In this document: one piece after another, positions 1 through 9,558 of the stretch
Numbering within the stretch: position 1 is the stretch's first letter
Layout of the letters: each line of letters starts with the position of its first letter
NCBI GenBank assembly: GCA_964016885.1
Contig: OZ024740.1
Span: 14,570,001 to 14,634,000 of the forward strand
DNA from: Eledone cirrhosa
Lineage: Eukaryota
Reading direction: 5' to 3'
Length of the DNA stretch: 64,000 nt
Made by a program: the position numbers and the translations under genes
Notes under the pieces: model-generated
What the model was told of the DNA's origin: nothing
The model's input: the letters and a program-made list of their open reading frames with translations, nothing else
Database searches by the model: none

Positions 1-68
1 CGCACTTCGTCGAGTGCTCCAGCCTGCATACTGAGGTGTTGGTATACAACCAACATAAACTCAAAATC

Positions 69-240
69 TATATATATATATATATATACATACACATATA
101 CACATATACAAGCATATATACCTATACACACATGCAAACACACACACGTATATATGTGTATATGTATATATATATATATAAAATAAATATACGTACACAC
201 ACATACTTGTGCATACATATACACACACACACACACACAT

Positions 241-300
<60 letters not shown>

Positions 301-385
301 GTAAATATGTATGTATACATACATATATGTATAGAGACGTACAGTAGTATGTATATATATATACATACATGCACACATATATATA
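69..385. repeat. Mixed (TA)n/(CA)n microsatellite / low-complexity tract
   Basis: Runs of TA and CA dinucleotides; the ORFs called here (IYIY/HTHT/VCVC) are artefacts of the repeat. Confidence 0.95.
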
Positions 386-1445
386 CCAGATAGAAAAATG
401 CGTACAGCAAAAAAAAGTAATATTGTTGGAATATAAACCTTTAAAAATACACGACAAGAAACTAAGATAAAACTTTAAAAGAATAGGACAAGAAACTAAG
501 ATAAAACTTTAAAGAATTGGACAAGAAATAAAAAATTTTACAATAATATTAGTGGCAAAATTTTTATTGGTAAAAAATCGAGTTCCACATTCATAGGCTC
601 TGGGTTCCACATTCAGAGGTCGTCGTCAGACCGGGGGGATCATTTGATCCTGGTTTGAACACCAATTGGGCCATAACCATACCCCTATTTCATCATTCGG
701 CGACACGCCTCATGTGTCATGCATAATGTGAATGGACCCATGGGCCCATGAGCACAGATCTTGAGCAGCAGCGGACGGTCTTGTCGTCCCGCTCATCCTT
801 GATCTTGACCAACCCGTCCATCTTCTCCTTGCATCTTGTCCTTGAGTTCAAGTCCGGCAGTCCAGATGAATGCGTGCCACAGCTTTCTGGTACAGGAAGG
901 GGGATCAGGAGGACTGGAGGGATGACGGGACAGAGGGAGGGAGGACCGGTGGTTGAGGGAGGTGCCGTAGTCGGTGGTCAGAGTCGACATCTTGTCCCGG
1001 TCGTCTTCTCCATCTTCGTCTGGTGTTGCGGGACCAGAAGTGCATTCTTGGAAGAGACCTGCAGCTGCATCGGCCAATTCTTCTTGCAATGGTCATTCTG
1101 ACGGAGCAGAACTGCTCAGCCAACCAACCCCAACCAGAACCAACCGCTCAGGGGCAACGCACAATGAGAGCATGACAATTATTATGCACTAATCAAGAAG
1201 ATACTGGGGCATAGCACAGGAAACGAATAAAAAAATTTGGCCACTAATATTATTGTAAAACTTTTTATTTCTTGTCCAATTCTTTAAAGTTTTATCTTAG
1301 TTTCTTGTCCTATTCTTTTAAAGTTTTATCTTAGTTTCTTGTCCTATTCTTTTAAAGTTTTATTTTAGTTTCTTGTCCTGTATTTTTAAAGGTTTATATT
1401 CCAACAATATTACTTTTTTTTGCTGTACGCATTTTTCTATCTGGT
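385..1445. mobile_element. Foldback-like segment: ~180-220 bp inverted repeats containing 34-bp tandem subrepeats, around a GC-rich 660-bp core
   Basis: 385-566 (accagatagaaaaatgcgtacagc...tagtggcaaaatttt) is the reverse complement of ~1227-1445. The arms contain a 34-bp unit ggacaagaaactaagataaaactttaaaagaata, with one more copy in the right arm. No transposase is recognisable. Confidence 0.7.
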
Positions 1446-1446
1446 C

Positions 1447-2222
1447 TACTATTTTTTAAGGCAATGCAAGCAACAACTATCTAATAATTAAATGATCATA
1501 GTGAATTACTGACAAGTGATTGACATTTTAAAGTTCTTTTGAGTATAATTGCAATCTAGTTGAGGCAACTGGCTTAATGACAAAGCTAGTAAATCATGAA
1601 TGCATTTGAGATGATTAGTGCATAATAGTGAATTGGTGAAACTTGTGCATTTTAATGGTGTTACAACAATAGATGTAAGTTATATAGTAGTAATACTTTA
1701 TCATTTTAACTTTTTAGAATGGACAAAAACCCATGCAAAGAAATGACTTTGACTGCAGTGATTCTCTCCAATTTACTTACAAATCAAAACGTGGTCAAAT
1801 ACCTTATCATCTCTGATAAAATGCCCATTGAATCACTGAAAATCGGATGCATGGAATTCCTCATAAAATGCACCTATGAATCGGAAGCCATCACATATAT
1901 TAATGGATATAGGGAGTTGTTCACACTGGAAGACCATAACTTCATTTGTGACTTCATCAGTTATCTCCACGATTATCTCAGACACCCAATGCCATTGATG
2001 AGAGGTGATCCAATGTGTGAGCATGTAACTAATCTCATAGAAGTTGTTATCGACCACCTGGCTTTTTAGTGACATTTGACTGATTTGACTGATAATGATG
2101 TTTTTTTAAAAAGTATGAGTACATTCTTGTTACTATTTTAAAGCAATGCAAGCAACAACTATTTAATAAAATTTAAATTTAAAAATGACCATTGTGCATT
2201 ACTAGTATGATGACATTTTATT
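1447..2222 (+). repeat. Diverged direct repeat (~80-90 bp) flanking the BACK-like ORF
   Basis: tactatttt(t)aa(g)gcaatgcaagcaacaactat...aaatga.cat.gtg.attact...tgacatttta occurs at ~1447-1530 and ~2131-2222. Confidence 0.75.
1719..2069 (+). CDS. Small ORF with a BACK/BPM-like helical motif (BTB-associated), possibly element-borne or a gene fragment
   Basis: 116-aa ORF. LLTNQNVVKYLIISDKMPIESLKIGCMEFLIK fits the BACK pattern L-x-x-E/Q-N-V-x-x-x-L-x-x-A/S-D-x5-L-K-x-x-C-x-x-F. It is preceded by a pyrimidine-rich ttttag (possible splice acceptor, 1712-1717). Similarity judged by eye only. Confidence 0.4.
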   Translation: MDKNPCKEMTLTAVILSNLLTNQNVVKYLIISDKMPIESLKIGCMEFLIKCTYESEAITYINGYRELFTLEDHNFICDFISYLHDYLRHPMPLMRGDPMCEHVTNLIEVVIDHLAF

Positions 2223-2259
2223 AAGTCACAAAATTAGTCAGTCAGCCATAGAACAAGGA

Positions 2260-2935
2260 TCAGGTGGCAAAAACATTGGCAAAAATTTGTGTCAATTTAA
2301 GATTTCCAACATTGTTCAAATGAATCATATCTGGTTTGAAGTCAGATTTGTCAAATTTTGACCAATTTTCAATGTTGTGAAGATTGGGCAAGTTCAATTT
2401 TTGAATCATTTCTTTCATGCAGTAATTAAACTTTTCCAAATGAGAATTTCTCTTGCCCAAGTCATTTTTATTTTCAATTACACTTTGTGGACGTGGAATG
2501 ACACCACTGTAGAAAATGGGTGTACAGTGGTGCTTTTCCGCTATTTTCTGTAGCCTTGCAAAGAGACTCTTCCCCTGTTTTTCCGGTTTTGGGCCTCGAA
2601 TGGGCACTTTGTCCTTAATTTACAAATAAATGATGAATAAAAAATACTTGGGCAAAAATTATTGTATTACTTTGCACAGCTTTGTAGTGCCAACGGTGCG
2701 ACGAGGATTCAGATCATTAGAGCCGACATGAACCACCAATACTTTCACAAAAGGACAACATATAACAATGTTAGCGATTAACATTACCTGGACCTGACGG
2801 GCCCCAGGTATACAAAATATCTAAGTATTTTTGTTGGTATGATAAGTAAATACATTTGAATTAATATTTTTATACCTTCTGGTCATTCGATTTCGCCACA
2901 TTTCTAATTATGGATTTGTAAAAACTGGCATGAAT
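2260..2935 (-). pseudogene. SGNH/GDSL hydrolase (esterase) gene with two short introns; 5' exon apparently frameshifted
   Basis: Joining ~2935-2876, 2820-2671 and 2613-2260 across GT-AG introns 2875-2821 (55 bp) and 2670-2614 (57 bp), both phase 0, gives block I-like SIIRNV, block II CIPGA, block III VVHVGSND, YSGVIPR and block V DMIHLNNVG. Block I reads VFT(N)/SIIRNV across a 1-nt frameshift. Confidence 0.7.
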
Positions 2936-3102
2936 GTGAATTTGATCAGTCCAATTGCCCGATTTTAGTGAAAAGTTTTGATTCGAAATGGAAATACTCC
3001 ATTTCCGTGCCATGGAAAAAAATGAATAAGCCGATCAAAAAGCCGCGAAACATCATTTTTAATTAAGCGAAATTAGTGGATGCAAATCTCAGAAAATATT
3101 GT

Positions 3103-3183
3103 ACACTATTCGCACCTATCGCACTATTCGCACCTATCGGTACAAAAATATAGCGCACTATTCGCACCTATCGGTACAAAAAA
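3103..3183. repeat. Short tandem/dispersed repeat (cactattcgcacctatcg x3)
   Basis: Three copies of cactattcgcacctatcg, two followed by gtacaaaaa. Confidence 0.85.
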
Positions 3184-3350
3184 TCACACGACTGTTAATA
3201 ATACTAGAAGTGCAAACTATCTGTTGAATACCTGGTATATGAAGAGCAACCGATACGATCGGTCGGCGATCGGTCTTGAAGAAGAATGAAGAATGAAGTG
3301 AAATTTTGGTCTGGTTGTTGTCATCGGTGTTTCGCAGAGATGCCGGCACG

Positions 3351-3460
3351 AACAAAGGTGTCAGTGACACAAAGTTGTCCGCTTGAACAAAGGTGTCGGT
3401 CCGACAAAGGTGTCAGTCAGACAGACAGTCAGACAATGTCACAGTCGGTGCGACAAAGCG
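3351..3460. repeat. Cluster of acaaaggtgtc / cagacag short repeats
   Basis: acaaaggtgtc x3 plus variants, followed by gtcagacagacagtcagac. Confidence 0.65.
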
Positions 3461-3984
3461 ATCGATGCGATTAAAAAAAATTTAACTCACATGTTTACCT
3501 ATATTTTCGCAAACTATTGATAGATTGGTACACAAAATAGCTTTGATAATAAACATACATTTTTATTAACGAAGTATTTAAAAAGCATTTTAGCAGTGAA
3601 AAGTGAAGTAATGTTTCACACTGACGCAAGTAGGGCCGTTCAGAAATGACGTAGTCAATTAGGAGGAGGGGATTCGGCGATTTGACTACATTTGACTAAC
3701 GTAATCACAATCACAAGAGTTCCGCCGAAAAAAATTCGTCATTTCTGGATTACCTCCCCTAGCGTCACGTTTACTACTCACTCACTTGAACACAAGATTT
3801 ATCAGCAAACTTTGATTATAAACTTTTTCCCGCTGGACCAAATTTCTAGATTTTTAAGCCAAAAGATGCGTAATGATCTACTGTTCATGCTCATATAAGT
3901 TTTATCTCAGTTAAATAAAGTAGAGCCGCGCTGTACTGTCGTAAACAGACGATTGCCAACGAAAACACGACCACAACAATATTA

Positions 3985-4008
3985 CTAAACGGACTGCCGT
4001 CCGTTTAG
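3985..4008. other. Perfect 10-bp stem hairpin
   Basis: ctaaacggac-tgcc-gtccgtttag, directly abutting the 4010-4347 palindrome. Confidence 0.8.
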
Positions 4009-4009
4009 G

Positions 4010-4347
4010 ATATGTACGTATCGGTTTACCGAACATTTATTATAATGTTCGGTTTGTTTGTTTGTAAACAAACAAACAGCCCGAATTACGCCTTACAGTG
4101 CTCCAGCAACCATCGTCGCCCTTTTGTTCAACACTGACACAGGAACGATATATACTTTCAGACGTTCAATCATCTGGCAGAAAGGTATACGATGCTGACG
4201 ATAGCTAATAAGCTTGAAACTAGTGTTGAACAAAAGGGCGACGATGGTTGCTTGAGCACTGTACGGCGTAATTCGGGCTGTTTGTTTGTTTACAAACAAA
4301 CAAACCGAACATTATAATAAATGTTCGGTAAACCGATATGTACATAT
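4010..4347. mobile_element. Palindromic element: 126-bp inverted arms and an 86-bp spacer carrying a truncated hammerhead-like core (MITE or inverted PLE end)
   Basis: 4010-4135 is the reverse complement of 4222-4347 with only a few mismatches. The arms contain internal mini-palindromes (ccgaacat..atgttcgg; gtttgtttgttt..aaacaaacaaac). CTGACGA-tagctaataagctt-GAAA-ctag-T lies at 4195-4224. Confidence 0.7.
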
Positions 4348-4465
4348 ATATATGTGTGCATGTATATATATATACATACTACTGTACGTCTGTATACATA
4401 CATACTTACATTTAAGTATCAGCCGTACTACGAGTGAGAAATGAAATTTCGTTTCATTCTTTTCC

Positions 4466-4975
<510 letters not shown>

Positions 4976-4979
4976 ATAA

Positions 4980-6162
4980 GGGATATTCAATTTGTTGGTA
5001 ATTCAAAAATATAAATGTTTATAACTGATTTAGAGCACTCAATAAGTTTTCTGGAGTATAATATACAATGATATTAAATAAATGGAAACTATATTTATAA
5101 AACCATATTTATTCTATATTATATATTTCAAGGGTACCAAAAGTTTTGGTACGTTATCATCAGATAATATACGAAGTGTGTTTTATAAATTTTGACATAA
5201 CCAAGGATAATATACCTTAACGCTTCAAGTTATCCCTGGATAGTGAAGGGAAGAGAAGAAAGAAAAGTCAGATATTTCAAATTATTAAGATGAGTATGCA
5301 AATGAGGTTTATGTAAAAGGGCTGAAAAAAACGTTATTCTAGACGCTATGGAAAATTTAAATAATTATGATAAGTTATTGTATGCGTGGGAAAGAAGAGA
5401 AAGTTAATTTGGGGGAAAAGATTTATTTACCTATATTATGAGTTATAATATTGTATATATAATCAATTAGAATTATATGAAGAATTATGATTGTATTTTT
5501 ATCTTATTACATTAGGATAGGTTATATGTATATAAATATCTACATATATATTAATAAATTGCGTATGTATTAGTTGTTTATATACCAATTATGAGTTACG
5601 AAGGGTGTTGAATTTGTATTTTACTTAAAAAATAGGTGGTTCAAGTTGTGAGAGTAGAACAATTTGTGTATTCAAAAATTTTGTTCAACATTGAGAATGT
5701 TTTCAGAATATTGTTAATTTAGCGAAGCTATACAGATTATCAAACGTAAAATGCTTAAGTTTGTACGGTTGAGAAGAATGTTTATGTTTACACGATTGAG
5801 AAAGGAAAGATAACTCCAATTTTGTTTGTTAACCATTTAAAGAAACCATTAAAGAAAAATTAGAGAAAAATTATATATTATTTTGTGTGACATCCATTAT
5901 TTTAGTCGAAAGATGTGTGAATGTTTGAATAACAAAAAGAGAGAGCAAAAATGTAATGTGTTTTTCGAAGAACTATCGTAAAGAGGATAAATTTTCAGAA
6001 TGTCATTTAAAGATTATCAATCTACATCTAAACATATATTTATAGGGGTGTCCTTACAAAAATAATGTCAGAATTAAAATAATGTAGGAAATTAAAACAT
6101 TAAATATATATATTAGAGGTATTAAACATTTTTTGAAATATTACAAATATTAAAAATATTAA

Positions 6163-6166
<4 letters not shown>
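4980..6166 (-). mobile_element. Probable decayed 3' end of a Penelope-like retroelement
   Basis: AT-rich segment bounded by microsatellites, with an HHR near its minus-strand 3' end. Weak minus-strand peptide remnants (DILKIYPLYDSSSKNTLHFCSL; ELSFLSQSCKHK) recall the Naiad GIY-YIG C-terminus. The architecture mirrors the 12.3-13.6 kb region. Confidence 0.35.
5115..5171 (-). ncRNA. Type I hammerhead ribozyme motif, degenerate (stem III collapsed)
   Basis: Minus strand: tatattat-CTGATGA-taac gtaccaaaa c ttttggtac cctt-GAAA-tat-ataatata. Stem I is 8 bp and stem II is strong, but only 3 nt lie between GAAA and stem I. Confidence 0.55.

Positions 6167-6246
<80 letters not shown>
6167..6246. repeat. 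(TA)n microsatellite
   Basis: Pure TA run. Confidence 0.98.
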
Positions 6247-6247
<1 letters not shown>

Positions 6248-6352
6248 GTGAACCGACAATTCCGCACAGGACAACTCAGCGCCGACAATTCAGCGCATCA
6301 CAATTCAGCGCAACGACAATTCAGCGCAAGGACAATGCAAAACGATATATAA

Positions 6353-6404
<52 letters not shown>

Positions 6405-7134
6405 AAAAAGGAAATAGAATGACTTCACTTGTGGTTCCATCTTTGCAAGATGTTATGCCTCAGGAATTGGCAGAATTAAGAAATTATTTCGAAGATACAT
6501 GGATTGGCCGCCCCTTCCGCCGTCGTAGAAAGGATGCCATTTTTATACCCGAATTCTGGAGTATTTTTGATCGTGTTCGAGGAGACCTACCAAGGACCAA
6601 CAATTCTTTAGAAGGGTGGCACCGAAGTCTTCAATTATCATTGGGTCATAACCACCCAACCATTTATAAGGTTGTAGAGTTTCTCAAACTAGAACAAGAT
6701 ATTACAGGGAAAAGGATATTAAGAACCAGAGCTGGACACGAGGTTGTCTCCAAACAAGCAAAATATCAAAGGACTCATAAAGCGATAACGACGTTAGTGA
6801 CTGAGTATGGAAATCGAGCCGATAAGTTGGAGTACTTGCGCACTCTAAGTTACCAAATTGAACTACAGAAGTAAATTATTATTAATATTTCTATAAAAAT
6901 ATTTTTTTGGTATTCATATTTCTATAAATATATCTTATTTTAGTATGCTATTTCAATAAATCTTTTATTTTAATTATTGTCTGTCAATAAAATGTTTAAA
7001 CTCAAAATCTAATTTCGTTATTCCTTTTCTTCAATTGTCCTTGTATTTGCTTCCTTGCGCTGAATTGTCTTTGCGCTGAATTGTCTTTGCGCTGAATTGT
7101 CTTTGCGCTAAATTGTCCTGCGCGGAATTGTGCC
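6247..7134 (+). mobile_element. Internally deleted Mutator-like (MULE) DNA transposon with subrepeat-containing TIRs, sitting in (TA)n
   Basis: The left end has repeated gacaattcagcgca units (6255-6335). The right end has the reverse complement tgcgctgaattgtc repeated (7055-7131). A transposase C-terminal fragment lies between, with TA runs on both flanks. Confidence 0.85.
6419..6874 (+). pseudogene. MULE transposase C-terminal fragment
   Basis: YFEDTWIG...FIPEFWSIFDR...PRTNNSLEGWH...HPTIYKVVEFLKLEQ is the characteristic Mutator transposase motif around the catalytic Glu. The N-terminal DD region is missing, replaced by a TG/TA microsatellite. Confidence 0.88.
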
Positions 7135-7207
7135 ATATATATATATATAATTATTATAAATAAAATAACAGGAGGCTGGGCTGGTGTAAATCCTTGAAAA
7201 GTTTATT

Positions 7208-7265
7208 ATACTATGATCATTTCAATGACCGGGTTCCGTATGAACCCGGTGATATCATCAGGTAT
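7208..7265 (-). ncRNA. Type I hammerhead ribozyme with palindromic stem III
   Basis: Minus strand: atac-CTGATGA-tatc accgggttc atacg gaacccggt catt-GAAA-tgatca-TA-gtat. Complete core, 9-bp perfect stem II helix, self-complementary TGATCA, 4-bp stem I. Confidence 0.8.
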
Positions 7266-7460
7266 TCGAAATATAACAAAGGAATATATAAAATCCATGG
7301 GTCCGAAAATCAGAGACAGAGAGGACGAATGACAAACTAGCTGCTTTCACCTCGGTCAGTCGCCCTCAAGTGATGGCAACTCGGTCTACTAATGACCATC
7401 TGGTGAGGGGGCGAAGGCTTATAATGTACTACCACCTCTACGTCAGAGAAGAAAAAAAGA

Positions 7461-7462
<2 letters not shown>

Positions 7463-7512
<50 letters not shown>
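7463..7512. repeat. (GAAA)n microsatellite
   Basis: agaaagaaagaa... run. Confidence 0.95.
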
Positions 7513-7513
<1 letters not shown>

Positions 7514-8482
7514 AGAAAAGTCAGCGTAAGGGTCACACTACAGTCATGCTAGAAGACGCCGCGAAAAATGTTATTCCAAAGAAACCATATTTTAACAAAG
7601 GCATATATATGGGTGTCTGTATGGTCAAATGTGTGAACAGAAAATTGGAACGTTAACTTATGTTAAGAGTTATAGGATGAGATTAAATTATTAGAAAATT
7701 AATAGAAAATTAAAGGTTTGTGTTGCGAGATTTATTTAATGAAATTACAGAGAGTGTCTTATATGAAAAGGTTAAGTGTATTATAGGGAATCTCGATAAG
7801 TTATCAAGGTGGGATATAGAGTAAAGATAAAAGCCTTCGATTGTAAATCCCAGCCAGCACCTCCTAACCACGTGTCAGCCAGTTTCGAGTGGTATCGTCT
7901 AGCGAAATAAATGGAAATTAATTTTTTCGAGTACTCTAGAAACGTAACTGTGATAGGCTTCGGGTGTGCTAGCGGGAAGTCAACCAGCTTCTACAGGACA
8001 TCGTCTTTACCAAACGAATACTATTAATTCACACAGGAGGGGTTTATTTACGTGCCAGCAGAGGGAGGCATGATACAGCTAACAGTTATGCCTAAGCCTA
8101 GAATTTATAGGTATGAGTATAATGTGGTGGTCAAAACAGGCGGTGCGGCGGGCCCCGGGGCAAATCGATCCGCTCCGAGTAGTTTCGTTTACCGAAAGAG
8201 GGGAAATTTATTTTTCCAAGCACTCAAGGAAGGCTGAACTTTCCGAGCGCCCGGCGCACAGCCGGGAAATCCACCACATCAGTCGAAAGTGGTAAAACCC
8301 AATGAAAAGTGCCAATAGACTATAATTATTTTTAAGTCCCAGTTAGTCCGGGTTATAAGTAGTGTGGCTCTTTGGTGGGTAGGGAGCTATGAATGGTGCA
8401 TAATGACCTGAGTAAGGAGTAATAAGCAGAAAATCACAAATAAATAAAAGCAGGATACAAAGATAAAAATATAAAGATTAAA

Positions 8483-8491
<9 letters not shown>

Positions 8492-8578
<87 letters not shown>

Positions 8579-8592
8579 CACATATATATATA
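8492..8592. repeat. (TA)n microsatellite
   Basis: Near-pure TA run. Confidence 0.98.
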
Positions 8593-8749
8593 CATGTCTT
8601 CAAGAAACCACTGGTGAATGAAATAATTATCTTATGTTGTTTATTACATAACTAATAAGCTCTGTAGCCTACATAGAGCACTCTTTTTTCCTCTACCTTT
8701 CTGACGGAAATACTTCACATACATACACACACACATATATATATAAATA

Positions 8750-9168
8750 TATTGGAATTTCATATTTCTAAACAAATACGGTATGTTTATAGATAAACAT
8801 TTAGAAAGCCGTGGCTATGTAAAGACACCGGCGGCTAACGCCACCTGGCGGTGTCCAGCAGAAGCATGGAGCCAATCGTTGATGTATTTCGAACTGAACT
8901 GGCCCTCATCAGGACGATCTCTCCTGATCTTGCAACTGCTGGACTTGAAAGCAGGCGAAAATATATGGTTTTCTCATCTATGTAAATGAGGTGATTAATC
9001 TCATTTGTATATGAAGCTGTATAAGTTGGCTCAACTTATCATAGAATAGAAATAGAATTTAGCTTTGAGCATGGTTTTATACTGATATGTATTGGAATTT
9101 CGCATTTCTAAAGAAATGGTATGTTTATAAATAAACCTTTAGAAAGCTGCGGCTATGCAAAAACACCG
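8750..9168 (-). mobile_element. ~1.2 copies of a 340-bp unit carrying one hammerhead (retrozyme-like / pLTR-like)
   Basis: The ~80-bp direct repeat tattggaatttc...tttagaaagc.g.ggctatg.aaa.acaccg occurs at 8750-8830 and 9090-9168 (offset 340), with an HHR between them. Confidence 0.6.
8875..8918 (-). ncRNA. Minimal type I hammerhead ribozyme motif
   Basis: Minus strand: atcgtc-CTGATGA-gggccagttcagttc-GAAA-taca-TC-aacgat. Core intact, G-C at the base of stem II, stem I with one mismatch next to the core, stem III one base off a palindrome. Confidence 0.7.
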
Positions 9169-9368
9169 TACATATTCAAACTTTAGTATTTACAGAGAAA
9201 TTCAGACATTTTATATGATTACATGCTTATACCTCAATGTTTAATAGACAACAATTTGTGTTTTTGTTAAATTCTGTACTGTACATGTATATGTAAATGA
9301 TTATGTATGCGTGTATGTATATCTGTATGATTTCCTTCGAATAAAAGAGTTCTACTCCTGTAGAAGTC

Positions 9369-9490
<122 letters not shown>

Positions 9491-9518
9491 GTGGTTACAC
9501 AACAGTTAGTTCACCATA

Positions 9519-9558
9519 CCGAGAACAATTGTTTCACCTTCGCGGATCTTCAACTCGG
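9519..9558 (-). ncRNA. Mirror copy of the 10078-10117 hammerhead with a core mutation (CUGAAGA to UUGAAGA)
   Basis: Plus strand ccgag-aa-caattg-tttc-accttcgcgga-tcttcaa-ctcgg. Confidence 0.65.

Larger units (their letters stand above)
7145..8490 (-). mobile_element. Non-coding HHR-terminated segment between (TA)n tracts; probable Penelope-like 3' UTR/pLTR or non-autonomous derivative
   Basis: Bounded by TA runs, HHR ~65 bp from its minus-strand 3' end, no convincing ORF. Confidence 0.4.

Noticed and set aside
1-25. Hairpin gcact-tcgtcg-agtgc that could be stem II of a minus-strand hammerhead
   Set aside because: The core reads CTGGA instead of CTGANGA and the GAAA side lies outside the window, so it cannot be supported.
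748-1192. Four overlapping ORFs in the GC-rich core
   Set aside because: No recognisable domain; open frames are expected at this GC content, so none is called as a CDS.
1940-1965. CTGATGA on the minus strand inside the BACK-like ORF
   Set aside because: No stem II followed by GAAA-stem III-UH; chance match.
3632-3790. tagggccgttcagaaatgacgt resembles a PIF/Harbinger-type MITE terminus
   Set aside because: No matching inverted end or TSD found; at most a fragment.
7171-7865. Partial inverted match ggaggctgggctgg / ccagccagcacctcc
   Set aside because: Too short and imperfect to define TIRs.
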